Assembly: GCF_036321535.1 (NCBI RefSeq)
Contig: NC_087437.1
Location: forward strand, 113,524,001-113,588,000
Length of the DNA stretch: 64,000 nt
DNA from: Camelus dromedarius
Lineage: Eukaryota
Reading direction: 5' to 3'
The notes beneath the pieces were generated by a model. The model was not told the origin of the DNA. It worked only from the letters and a program-made list of their open reading frames with translations, and did no database searches. Below, piece by piece: positions 14,852 through 25,416 of the stretch. Numbering within the stretch: the first letter of the stretch is position 1; the number at the start of each line of letters is the position of its first letter. The position numbers were made by a program, and so were the translations under genes.

Positions 14852-15299
14852 TGTATTTCCTTCCTAGGGCTGCTGTAACAAATTACCACAAACTGGGTGG
14901 CTTAAAACAACTGAAATTTATTGTCTCAGAGTTCTGGAGGCCAGAAGTCCAAGATGGAGGTGTTGACAGGGCCACATTCCCTCCAGGGAAGAACCCCACG
15001 TGGCCTCGCCCCAGCTTCCGGTGGTTACCAGCAAGTCTTGGCACTCTTTGACTTGTGGCAACATCACTCCACTCTCTGCCTCCTTCCCTCTGTGTCCTCT
15101 GTCTCCGAATCGCCCTCTCCTTACAAGGGTAACAGTCGTTGGATTTAGGGCTCACTGTCTTCTAGTAGGACTTCGCCTTGATTAAATCTGCAAAGCCCCT
15201 ATTTCTGAATAAGGGCACATTCTGAGGTTACTCATGGACGTGACTTTTTAACCATGGGACTACCCAGGGGTATGAAAGAAGACTATTCAACCCAGTACA
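14852..15299 (-). mobile_element. MaLR (MLT1-family) solo LTR with 5-bp target-site duplication AACAC
   Basis: TGT...ACA termini and the MLT1 hallmark GGGCTGCTGTAACAAATTACCACAAACTGGGTGGCTTAAAACAAC. AACAC flanks it at 14847-14851 and 15300-15304. Confidence 0.88.
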
Positions 15300-17149
15300 A
15301 ACACCAAGTGTCATAAAGAGTTCTGGTCTTAGCACTACAAGTGACAACTGCTCTCCAGGCCCCTGTGGGTTTTACCCACTGAAATGGTCCCACTTCTGTG
15401 GCGGCCCTCCTACAACCATCCTATGCTCGATTTCCTAAATGACAACAAAGAATCACTGTCTTCAAAATGTTGGCATTTTTAGGCCTGTGTAGAACTGACA
15501 ACTTAACACCTTCCCATATGCTATTTCATTTGGTCCTTGAAACACTCTCATGAAATAAACAAGATAGATTTTCTTGTCCTTGGTTAGTAGGTAGCAAAGC
15601 TGAAGCTCAGAGAGGGTGAGTGGTTTGTCCAAAGTCACACAGCTCGGGTACATAGAAAACCTAGATCTCTCAGCTTTGTGCTTCACATTATTGTCATGAA
15701 GTCCTAAATCTCTGCCTGCCAACTCAGTGGCACCAGCGCCAGGAATCCAGACTCATGGTAACTTTTCTGTGCTCTGCCACTGCCCCCCAAAGTGAGAATA
15801 GTCCTGGTGAGGCTCATGTACCCAAACTGTCCGCAACAGCTAATTATAAGCCTGGGTTACAGTTCAAAAGCAGTTTCTTACTAAGCTGAATGTGGGCTCC
15901 TGGCGCTTAATGCCGCCCTCTGGTTAACCACAGACTGGCCTGAATTGGGAATGAAATTCAACCGAAGTGAATATTTGTGAAATCGTTGCTTGTAATTACA
16001 ATTCTATTATTTTCTGTGCAGTCGAGAAGTGTCTGTCCAGCAAAAACAACTAGGTGGGGCATTTTGGCCACAGTCACGTGGCTCACGAAGGTGGAGGTAT
16101 TCCGGGTCACCTCCCGCACAATGAGCTCTTGTTTACTGCTTTGAGCAGCAGGACATCTGCTTATTACCTCATAGACAGAGGCAATAAGTGATGCCATTTT
16201 GCTCACAGGTGTGTGTGACATTTTCCACTTCAGGAAAACTCTGCCTGCCACTTCCCTGTATTCTTCCGAGCAGACCTGGCGCGGGTGTGGATACCTGGGG
16301 ACGGTCAGCCAGTGGGCACAGCGGACCTTCGGAGCCCCGCCCCCTGCGCCCCGCCCCCGCCCCGCCCGCGCCACGCCCCTGCTCTTCCCTGCCCAGACAC
16401 AGCCCTCCTCTGCCAGCACCTGCAGACGTGGTAGCTGCACCCCAGAGCACACGTGTTATTAGCCAAATTCCCTCATTAAAATGACCTATGGGCCTGGTAT
16501 TTTAAGTGCGTGGGTGTAGAGAATAAAAGACTGACTCTCAAGTGTTTTTCTCAGCAGGCTGTAGCCAGACTAGTACCAAGGCAACAGGAGAGCAAAGGAG
16601 GACCGATGGGCTAAATCACCACCACCCCGACATCGGCAATTCTGGATCAAACGCAGGGCTGGGAGGTGGTGGCGCTGCCGCAGAGAGAACTGATGTTTAC
16701 ATTTGCAGCCTGAGCGGGTCCTTGCCCAGAGAGGCTAGAAGGCTCCCAGCAGCCCTGGATTTGGCCCCTTTGGAGACAAGCAGTGGCCTTGGCCAGCACA
16801 CAGGTGGCCCTGGCTGTGCTGCTGAAAGGCTGCAGCTCTGGGCTCCCAAGGAGGGGGCAAGCTGCAGGGTCACCGGTGCCCTGCGGGGGGATTCACAGTG
16901 GAGGAAGCTAAGGAAAGGGCACCCTTGAGAACTTCCTTCTCCAGCTCTCAGGAACTTCACCTAAACAGCACCCTGAGTTTTGGCTGATGGTCGGGTCCAG
17001 GAGGAGTACTATGTAGAAGCACCAATACTAGGACTGAATAAGAAGGTGGAAAGAAACAATGAAGGAATGAAGGCGTCTCTTGACTTAAGACCAGAAGCAG
17101 CAAAAGACAAGAACTTGATTGTACAATCCTGTGTTAGTGCAGACACGCG

Positions 17150-17345
17150 GGGTGCTAGTTAACAGCATGGACCCTCAAGTCAACCTGCCTGGGTTCAAAT
17201 CCCAGCTCTGCCACTTGTAAGCTGTGTGACCCGAGGCAAGTTACTTAACATCTCTGGGCCCTCAGCTTCTTCACCTGTGAAACAGAAGTGATAACCGTCT
17301 TTCCATCTCACAGTGTTGTTAGGCAAGTTAAATGAAAGAATGCAT
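17150..17345. mobile_element. MIR SINE relic
   Basis: CTGGGTTCAAATCCCAGCTCTGCCACTT..GCTGTGTGACCCGAGGCAAGTTACTTAACATCTCTGGGCCCTCAG. Confidence 0.8.
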
Positions 17346-18934
17346 CAGCCAACATCAGTTTAATTATCATGAAAGATGTGATAAACACGATTCCACAAAG
17401 ACCAGAGTGGTGGGCAGTCTGTGAGGAAGGGAGGGTTGGTGGCAAACGGGCGGTGAGGTCTGACGGTGGGAGCGGAGGTGAGCCTTGGTGTCCCGCAGGT
17501 GGTGCTGATGGAGCACCTCCAGGCTCATCCTCTCTTCTCTAGAATTCCAGCACTCTGAGAGTGCAGAGGGCAGCAGGCAGGCAGCGGCTTGGAACTTAGA
17601 GCTCCATCAGGGAAACTGCACAGTTCAACTTGAACTTCAAGTTCAAGTTCACTCCTGTCCCGCCAGCTGGCGACCTTTGTAAGCACAATTGCAACTGGCT
17701 GATCCACTTGATAAACAAGCCAGGCCAAATGCTGCCCTCCCCGCTCCCTCCACCCCCACCCCCTGCATGTGTCGTCCCCCTCGACGCCAGTGTGTTCATC
17801 CAAATGCCAGTGCAGAAGACTAGCTGCTTTATTTAGTTGGGCAGAAGGTCACAGGGCCAGTCTTCCTGGACATTTGCTGCCACAACACACTCTCCAAGGC
17901 AAAGCAGTGACAGCAGCCCCAAGTCTGTGCTTTCTGAGGCCTCATGTTTACGGGGGTACCGGGGCTGGTGAACTCTGGCAGCCCAGCCGGCTGTGGTCTC
18001 ATAAAGCCGCGGCTGGACCCTGCAGTTCCGCAAGGGGCCGGGGCACACACCCCACTTCCTCACCACATCTGGAAGTGGTGAAACCTCAGGATTGCTGCAA
18101 ACGGGTGCACTGCTCCCCCAGGGCAAGGGTGGGGAGAGGAAAGGAAGGTGAAAAGGGGACTGGAGATCATTTCACACCCCCGGGCGGAATAACATCTTCA
18201 GAAGAAGTGCCCCATCACATCACGGCAACGTCATGGCCATGGGTGTCTGAGGGGCAGTCTCTCCTCCCTCCATCCTCCTATGCCTGTCCCTCCCCAGATT
18301 TGGTTCATGGGTAGCCAAGCCGCCGGCACTGGCTCCTTAGCCACTGGGCTCTGTTTTGGTCATTCTCCTTGGTGAAGATTTGGACCCGTGAGTCATCTTC
18401 TCCTTTTTGAGCCAGTTTCGGTGGGATGTGAAACTTGCCCTTTGTCACGCAAGGGAAGGCTTGTCTGCTGCTGGGGGGTCACACAGCTTAGGAAATGCAA
18501 TTGTGATATTTTTCACTCATTGGTGCATCTTTGTGGGGAAACCAGTTCTGCTCACACACTTTAAACAGGAAAAGTCGAAGAAGAAATAAGACACAGCTTT
18601 TGAAAACCAAGAAAGCCAGGGAAGGCTCAAGTTTTGCTCTCTGCAAGTTCTGGAAATCCCAAAAGATTGTGAGATGTTGCAGGAAGACTTCTTCTCTTAC
18701 CACATAGTCCATGCTGGGTCTAATTTTGATTGCAGGTAACTAAGAATTAAAGTTAACAAACCCTCAGATTCCAGGAGCAATCTGAATTTGCAGTATTTTG
18801 CACAAAGTATTTCTAATTTATGTTGCTCACTTTTCCACTGGAACAACCTTGTGGCCAAAATGCATGCTTTTGTTCTTCATCCATTTTCTGACCCAAACAC
18901 CATGATTTTTCACAGCAGGGCTGTATAATTCTTT

Positions 18935-19581
18935 TTTTTTTTTAATTGAAGTATGGGCAGTTTACAATGTGTCAGTTATTTCTGGTGTACAGCATAATGT
19001 TCAGTCATACATATACATACATATATTCGTTTTCATATTCTTTTTCATTATAGGTTACTACAAGATATTGAATACAGTTCCCTGTGCCCTGCAGAGGAAA
19101 CTTGTTATCTGTTTTATATATACTAGTTAATATTCGCAAATCTTGAACTCCCAATTTATCCCTTCTCCCTCCTTTTCCCCAGTAACCGGAAGATTGTTTA
19201 CTATGTCTGTGAGTCTGTTTCTGTTTTGTAGATAAGTTCATTAGTGTCTTTTCTTTTTTTAGATTTCACATATGAGTGATATCATATGGTATTTTTGTTT
19301 CTATTTCTGGCTTACTTCGCTTAGAATGATGATCTCCAGGTCCACCCATGTTGCTGAAAATGGCATTATTTTATTCTTTTTTATGGCTGAGTAGTATTCC
19401 ATTGTATAAACATACCACAACTTCTTTATCCAGTCATCTGCTGATGGACGTTTAGGTTGTTTTCATGTCTTGGCTATTGTATATAGTGCTGCTACGAACA
19501 TTGGGTGCATGTATCTTTTTGAATTAGAGTTCCCTCCAGATATATGCCCAGTAGTGGGATTGCTGAATCATGTGCTATGTT
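18935..19581 (-). mobile_element. 5'-truncated LINE-1 (cetartiodactyl-type 3' end) with 15-bp TSD
   Basis: Poly-T tail and L1 3'UTR/ORF2-end motifs (ATGGCTGAGTAGTATTCCATTGT). TSD GCTGTATAATTCTTT at 18920-18934 and 19582-19596. Confidence 0.9.
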
Positions 19582-19914
19582 GCTGTATAATTCTTTATTT
19601 GGAGATTTCCAAATAGGGTCCAGATTCTTCAAGTTGTGCAGAATTTCCCGGTTTCTCTGAATTGAACCAAAGTGAAGATGTCAGTGCATGTCCACTCGTG
19701 TGCAAAGTGCCCGTGTTTACAGACGCCCTTGTCTGATTGCACCTGCGTCCACACAGGCAAAATGCAGGCGAAAGGCCCCAGCTACTGGCATGAGGACAAC
19801 CCCCTGAAGCTGATCAAAAGTCAAATGCTTACAATACAGAACTGAGTTTGCCATAAAAAAAACAGCATGTGTTGGGTATGATGGAGTGTTTGAAAAGTAC
19901 AAGTTTTACTTAGA

Positions 19915-19966
19915 GAAAACCAAAAACAAAACAAAACAAAACAAAACAAAACAAAACAACAAAACA
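19915..19966. repeat. (CAAAA)n pentanucleotide repeat
   Basis: Read directly from the sequence. Confidence 0.9.
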
Positions 19967-21369
19967 TGCCAAGCATTTTCTCTGGAGCTGTTCTATAAAA
20001 ATGAGTTGTTTGAGGACAGGGACAATGTTTTATTAATCTTTGCATCTTCTGTTCCAAGGCAATAAAAAAAAAGTTTGATAAATGGATCAATGAATTATCC
20101 TGTAAACTTTCAGCTTGACAGCTGGTTCTTTATGATGTCTGATTTCACTTGGAAAGCTCCGTTCTCCTTTTTGGCAGCACAGGCGTGAGCTCAGCCTTGC
20201 TATAGGAGAGGATGGGTAAGCCTTTCTCTTCATGAAGAGTGTTAACTGAACCCCAAAGAACCACGTCGTGTGCACAGAATTTCGCACTTCCTTTCCCAGA
20301 TGTCAGGGTCCCTTTCTGATCTTCCTTTTTCCTTTTGGTATCTGAGTTCCTGAGTGTCTCGAATAAGAAACCAAGTTTTCATCCTTTTAGCCCAAACACC
20401 TCCAAGACCCTGAATTCACAGCCTCTTTATGTCAAGGCCACACCTGCCGCCCGGTACTTCCATCCTGAGAGCCCTCTGGTTGGCGCACCCAAATTCCCTA
20501 GTTTCCACCCATCAGGCTAAATGCCACCCAGGACAGGTGACCAAAGTGACCTCCTGGGGCTGGCCTAGTCCTAGCCCTGACCTGCTTGGGCTCACAGCCC
20601 AGTGCTTCAGACACACAGCCCAAGGCCACGTGGTGCTGCGGCAGAGAGGCCTGAGGAGTGGGCATTTCGATGGGAAGACAGCGTCAAGGTCCTCATGTCT
20701 GCCCAGCAGCCTTTTTACTCCGGTAGTGCTGCCACAGGAAGCGGAGAGGGCAGGTCGGGGCGGAGGCCCAGCGGGAAGAGGGCAGCTCCAGGCAAGGCTG
20801 CAGGGTGTGGGAGGCAGGGCCTGGTGGGAGCTGATTTCTAGACACCACGACATTTACCAAACAGGGTGGTGTTTGCAAACTAGGTGTACGGCGAACCCTC
20901 CGTGTCTGCGGGTCCAGTATCCTTGAATTCAGCCAACCTCAGATCCAGTCTCTAAGCTCCAAGCACCCTCCAAAAGCCCCGTTTCCCCCTCCATCTGCAA
21001 CCCTAGCATCTTCCTACATTTGCATCTGGTGATACCAGTTCCCTGCTTAAACCTGCTGGCGCTCCCCCATTTCACTGGGACCAGATCACATTCCCAGCGT
21101 GGGTGTCAAAGCCCTGACCAGCTCTCTGTTGGCAGGCTAGGTGTTCCTCCCCACCCTATTTTCTCTCCTTGGACCCCCTTCCCGATGCCTTCACCTGGAC
21201 AGCCTCCTGGTCACCCTAAAATGTCTCAACTGAGCCGACAGGTTGTCCAGAAAGACCCCTAAAATGTTATGTGCCTGGCAGTGCTTTTGCTCCTGTCACA
21301 CCTGTCCTTTCACCATGGCCACTCAGAACAGCGACGCCTGCTTAACTGTGGGCCCCTCACTGGCCCCAG

Positions 21370-21475
21370 CAGGCTGTGGCTTCTCTTGGGCTGGCATTTG
21401 TTTATCTCCAATGCTAGCCCAGTGCCTGGTTTATAGCAGGTGCAAAATGCATGTCTGATGAATGAATGAATGACA
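21370..21475 (+). mobile_element. LINE-2 3'-end relic
   Basis: CTAGCCCAGTGCCTGGTTTATAGCAGGTGC..TGAATGAATGAATGA, the typical L2 terminus. Confidence 0.6.
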
Positions 21476-23013
21476 TACCCTCATGAAATGCCCTCTGGAT
21501 TGGCGCACAGTTCTAATAAAGTAGCAATGGGCACTATATTTCCCTGATTGAACAGGGTCCAAAGCCTGTGAGAAAGACTCACCAATTAAAACAGAGAACA
21601 CAAAGTGCATCACAGGGTCGGTGTCTGGCAAATTATTATTCATGTATTTCATGAATTCATGTCCGGGATCATTATTATTCATGCATTTATGAGTATTTAT
21701 GAAATTCCTGCTGTGTCTCAGACACTCTCACTTTACAAGGTTCTTAGGAGGATAAAGGCATATAAATTCCTCATCATTCCTAACTTTCTGACTTGGTGAG
21801 ACATGGGCTAACTCCTGTTCTCTCTCTTCCCTCGTCCCTCAGCAATTGTCCTGTAGAAGGAAGAACAATGCCTAGGTGAGTCGGAGCCCTTCTTCCTAAG
21901 CCCTGCTACACAAGCATCATCTCATTCTAATCGTCCTGAAAACCTTTCAAGATGCACATGCACACTGTCATACCCATTGTACAGATGGGGAGACTGAGGC
22001 TGGCACCTCTGAGTCCTGCAAGCCCACCTGCTTTTCATCCTTTGCCACACAGCCTTCCAAAGACCCACACAATTGTCACCAAGAGATGTGCATGTTTCTG
22101 TGCTGTGACTGTGAGTCAGAGGAATATGAGATGGGGTACAGTGGTTTCCGTGGACTCTAGAGCCCATGGATTAGGGCAGAAGGCAAGATACCTCTCCAGC
22201 CAACAGCCAGATTAATCAATTCCCCGTTGCTATGTGGCCAGAAAAGAAAAACATGCATGAGTGTTCACTTGCAGTTTCTGGAAATGCTGAGATACAACCT
22301 TAAAATGTCTTCCAGGGGAAGAGCCAGGGCGTCCTGAAGTGCGGTCCAAGGCGAGCTGCCGCGGCGCTACTATAAAACTGCCCTACACTTGGGTGGAGTC
22401 AGCAATTACAACGCAGGGTTAATGTGATGCTGCGAGGTGCCAGCCAGGGGACAGGACAAAGGGATTATTCTGCCTCATTGTTAAAATGCAGTGTTTATTG
22501 TTAAAATACGATTGGGAATTAAAGGGGCATGTATGAATAATAAATATTTGCATGCCATTAAACGTCTGGACAAAAGAGTTGGAAGGGCTAAGTTGGGAGA
22601 ACTTCTTTTCCCATGAAGAACAGTGCCTCGAATTACAGTACATATTTAATTTCGCCTCTTCCATCGCTGATCTGAAATCACAGTGCCCACTATGCATAAC
22701 CCTTTCGTGACCTGACAGCTAGCTCTACGGCCCCGACGAATAAGGATAAGGGTTGATATTCTCCCCCAGAAAAGTTGTGCATTTAGACGAACAAAAAAGC
22801 AGGTCCCGGCTGCACCGTCTGTTACGCAATCAGAATTGCCATTAGCTATTCTGCTGAGTTAGTGCCACAGCAACAGATCTTACCGTGAAAAGTAATAACC
22901 CCCAAAGTCTGTCTTATTTCAGATAATCCTTGCTGCATTCTGCTGCCTTCAGCCCAAGGTTGAACTCGGCTCAGACAGATTAAGTAACTTGCCTAGGACA
23001 CACAGCTCTGAGC

Positions 23014-23249
23014 CAGTGTCCTCAACCAGTGTTCACTCCCACCCCTCACCCACCACCTCTCGTCCATGGGAGCATTTGGCAAAGTCAGCAGGCATTTCTT
23101 GTTGTCAGGACCCAAGACCTGGAGGTGGAGTGCTCCTGGCTACGGGGTAGAGGCCAGAGATGCTGCTAACCATTCAACAATGCAGAAGATGGTCCCCACA
23201 ACAAAGAATAATCAGTCCTAAATGTGAGAGCACCCAGGGTGAGACACTG
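23014..23249. mobile_element. MER20-like hAT-Charlie DNA transposon relic
   Basis: Imperfect terminal inverted repeats CAGTGTCCTCAACC ... GGGTGAGACACTG and the internal GGGTAGAGGCCAGAGATGCTGCTAA..CCCCACAACAAAGAAT motif. Confidence 0.75.
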
Positions 23250-24689
23250 TCTTTCCAGTGGAGAATCCACTCAAGTCCACGTACTAAGCACTGGGCTCTC
23301 CTGCCTGGAGCAAACGGAATCCTGGGCTCTTTACTCATCCGGAGAGATTTAATGCGTCCCTGCTCCATATCAGGCACTGGTCTAGTTACAGATGATGTCA
23401 CACAGTGCTTTGCTAGTTAAGGGCAGGATCTCCTGGGTTTTGAAAATTCTTGGAAGGCCACCTCCGGGGGGCTTCCAGACTCATCTTCGTCCTTTCCCCA
23501 GTGCTTGTGTCACCTGCTCGAGCCGCAGCCATTCCTGAGCCCTTTCCCAGCGGCCTTCACTCCCCAGCACATCTAAGTCCCCGAGCAGCCCAGCTCAGAT
23601 CCCACCCAGGAACACCCGTGTGGATAGTTAACTCTTACTAGTCTCAAACGATCAGACCCACAGCTGATCTTCACGCCAAATCTGGGAGCTGGTTGCTTTA
23701 CTGAGGGGAGGTTACAGGAAGCAGAGGGGCAGGAGAGTTCAGAGTGAGGGTCCACAAACACATAGCCAGAGTAGGCAGTCAGAGCAAGACGTATTCAAGA
23801 AATTCCAACTGCAGCGGACACTGTCTTGCTGCAGTGAGAACACTTAGAGGGCTCTTTTTTCAGACTGTTTTCAAGCCATTTTTCCCTGAATCTCCTTGTG
23901 GAAAATAGATGATGGCAGACCAGCAAGTCGGGGCCGGTGGGAGACAGCTTGGGAAGAATCCAGCCTCTGTCTGCCTGTGGTCCCTGCAAACCTAGCATGT
24001 GGCCAGACAACCAGGCTCACCAGGGCTGCGAATCAAATCGGGCTTGCATCCCGTCCCTGTCCCTTCCTTGCATTTCCCCCAGGCATGCAAACTGAGTCCT
24101 TTTTGGTTTCTGCAAGGTGTCAGTCAGCCATGCATACCAGGACCTTGCTTTTAGCACTTTTTAGTTCAAAAAACTAAGTCATTGTCCTCTCACATCAATT
24201 CCAGTTCCTGGATTGGTGAATCTGTGGCCCCAGACTGAGACCTGGGGGTGGGGGTGGCACTCAGCAAAGAGAAGCCAGCAGAGCTCTCGAATTGTTTCTG
24301 CCGGTCCCTGTGGACCTGCACGCCTGTAACACTCCTGAGGGAGTGGCTGTAAGGGGGAGTCCTCCAGGAAGAGCTTTTCCTGCCATGAGAGGCCGACCCC
24401 ACCTCAGCCTCTCCTTCTGGACACCACACATCCCCAACCTGGGAGATTCGGAGATGGTGTGATTTGATGCACACAGAACACGGGTATATTTTCATATTTA
24501 AAAAAAATTTTGATATTCAGTGATGCTCTCTAATTTTATATTTTTTATTCTGTGTGAACTTTTCAACCTAAGTTTTTCACAAATTTTGTAGAGAGGCAGA
24601 AACTGGTAGGGAAGAGAGGTAAAGGAGACATTTTACAACTTACCATGAATGAGTGAGGGGGCAGCCCGGGGATGTCTTGGCAGGACTGA

Positions 24690-24880
24690 CATTTTGCACA
24701 GGTGGGGCTGCCCTGTGCCCTGTGGGATGTTTACCAGCGCCCCTGCTCTCTACCCACTAGGTACTAGAAGCGCCCCCCCACCCCAGTGGTGACAACCAAA
24801 AATGTCTACCGACAGTGCCAGATGTCCTCTGGGGATCCAACCACCCCAGATGGGGACCTCAGAGGAAGACCACCATCAAC
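24690..24880. mobile_element. Second MER20-like relic, opposite orientation to the one at 23014
   Basis: GGGCTGCCCTGTGCCCTGTGGGATGTTT..CTCTACCCACTAG..GACAACCAAAAATGTCT..TGCCAGATGTCC. Confidence 0.65.
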
Positions 24881-25402
24881 ACTGATAAGCAGATAACAGA
24901 TAAGATAGGATGGTGAGGGTGGAATATCTGGAAAGACCCAGTGCTGTAGGTGCTGGACACCGTTTAAAGAGGCCAAAGCTGTATTATGATAGGCGTTTAG
25001 AATCTTCCTCATTAATTATAGACAGATAGATAGGCAAGCAGACAGTGACTGTACTCCATACAATGGTTTCAAATAGAATGGAGAATAAAACATCTGTAAA
25101 AACCCAAAACCAATGCCTGGAGCAAACTGGAGTGTTTCTACCTCCAAACGGGCCCATCCCTCCTTGCCCCATCCCTCCTTGCCGTGTCTGCTGAGATGTG
25201 ATAAGCCTACAGATCACCAACTGTGCTCAAACGCCCCTGTTCCTGTGCCTTGCCTTTGTTTGAGCCAAGGAAAATCTCCTTTGTTTGCATAAGGTGACTC
25301 AGTTAAGGCCACACACCACCCTTAAGGGGTGCCGGCCAGCCCTCCCATTCACCAGACCCAGGAGTGTCCTTGGACCAGGAGGTTGGGGGGAGGGGGTGCA
25401 GT

Positions 25403-25416
25403 CCAGCAGATGGCGC
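25403..25416 (+). promoter_or_regulatory. Candidate CTCF site
   Basis: CCAGCAGATGGCGC matches the CCASYAGRKGGCRS core consensus at all 14 positions. Confidence 0.55.

Noticed and set aside
21630..21710. Repeated ATTATTATTCATG / TTCATGAATTCATG units
   Set aside because: Short low-complexity duplication, probably from a decayed L2 tail. It has no regular repeat-spacer structure and is not CRISPR-like.
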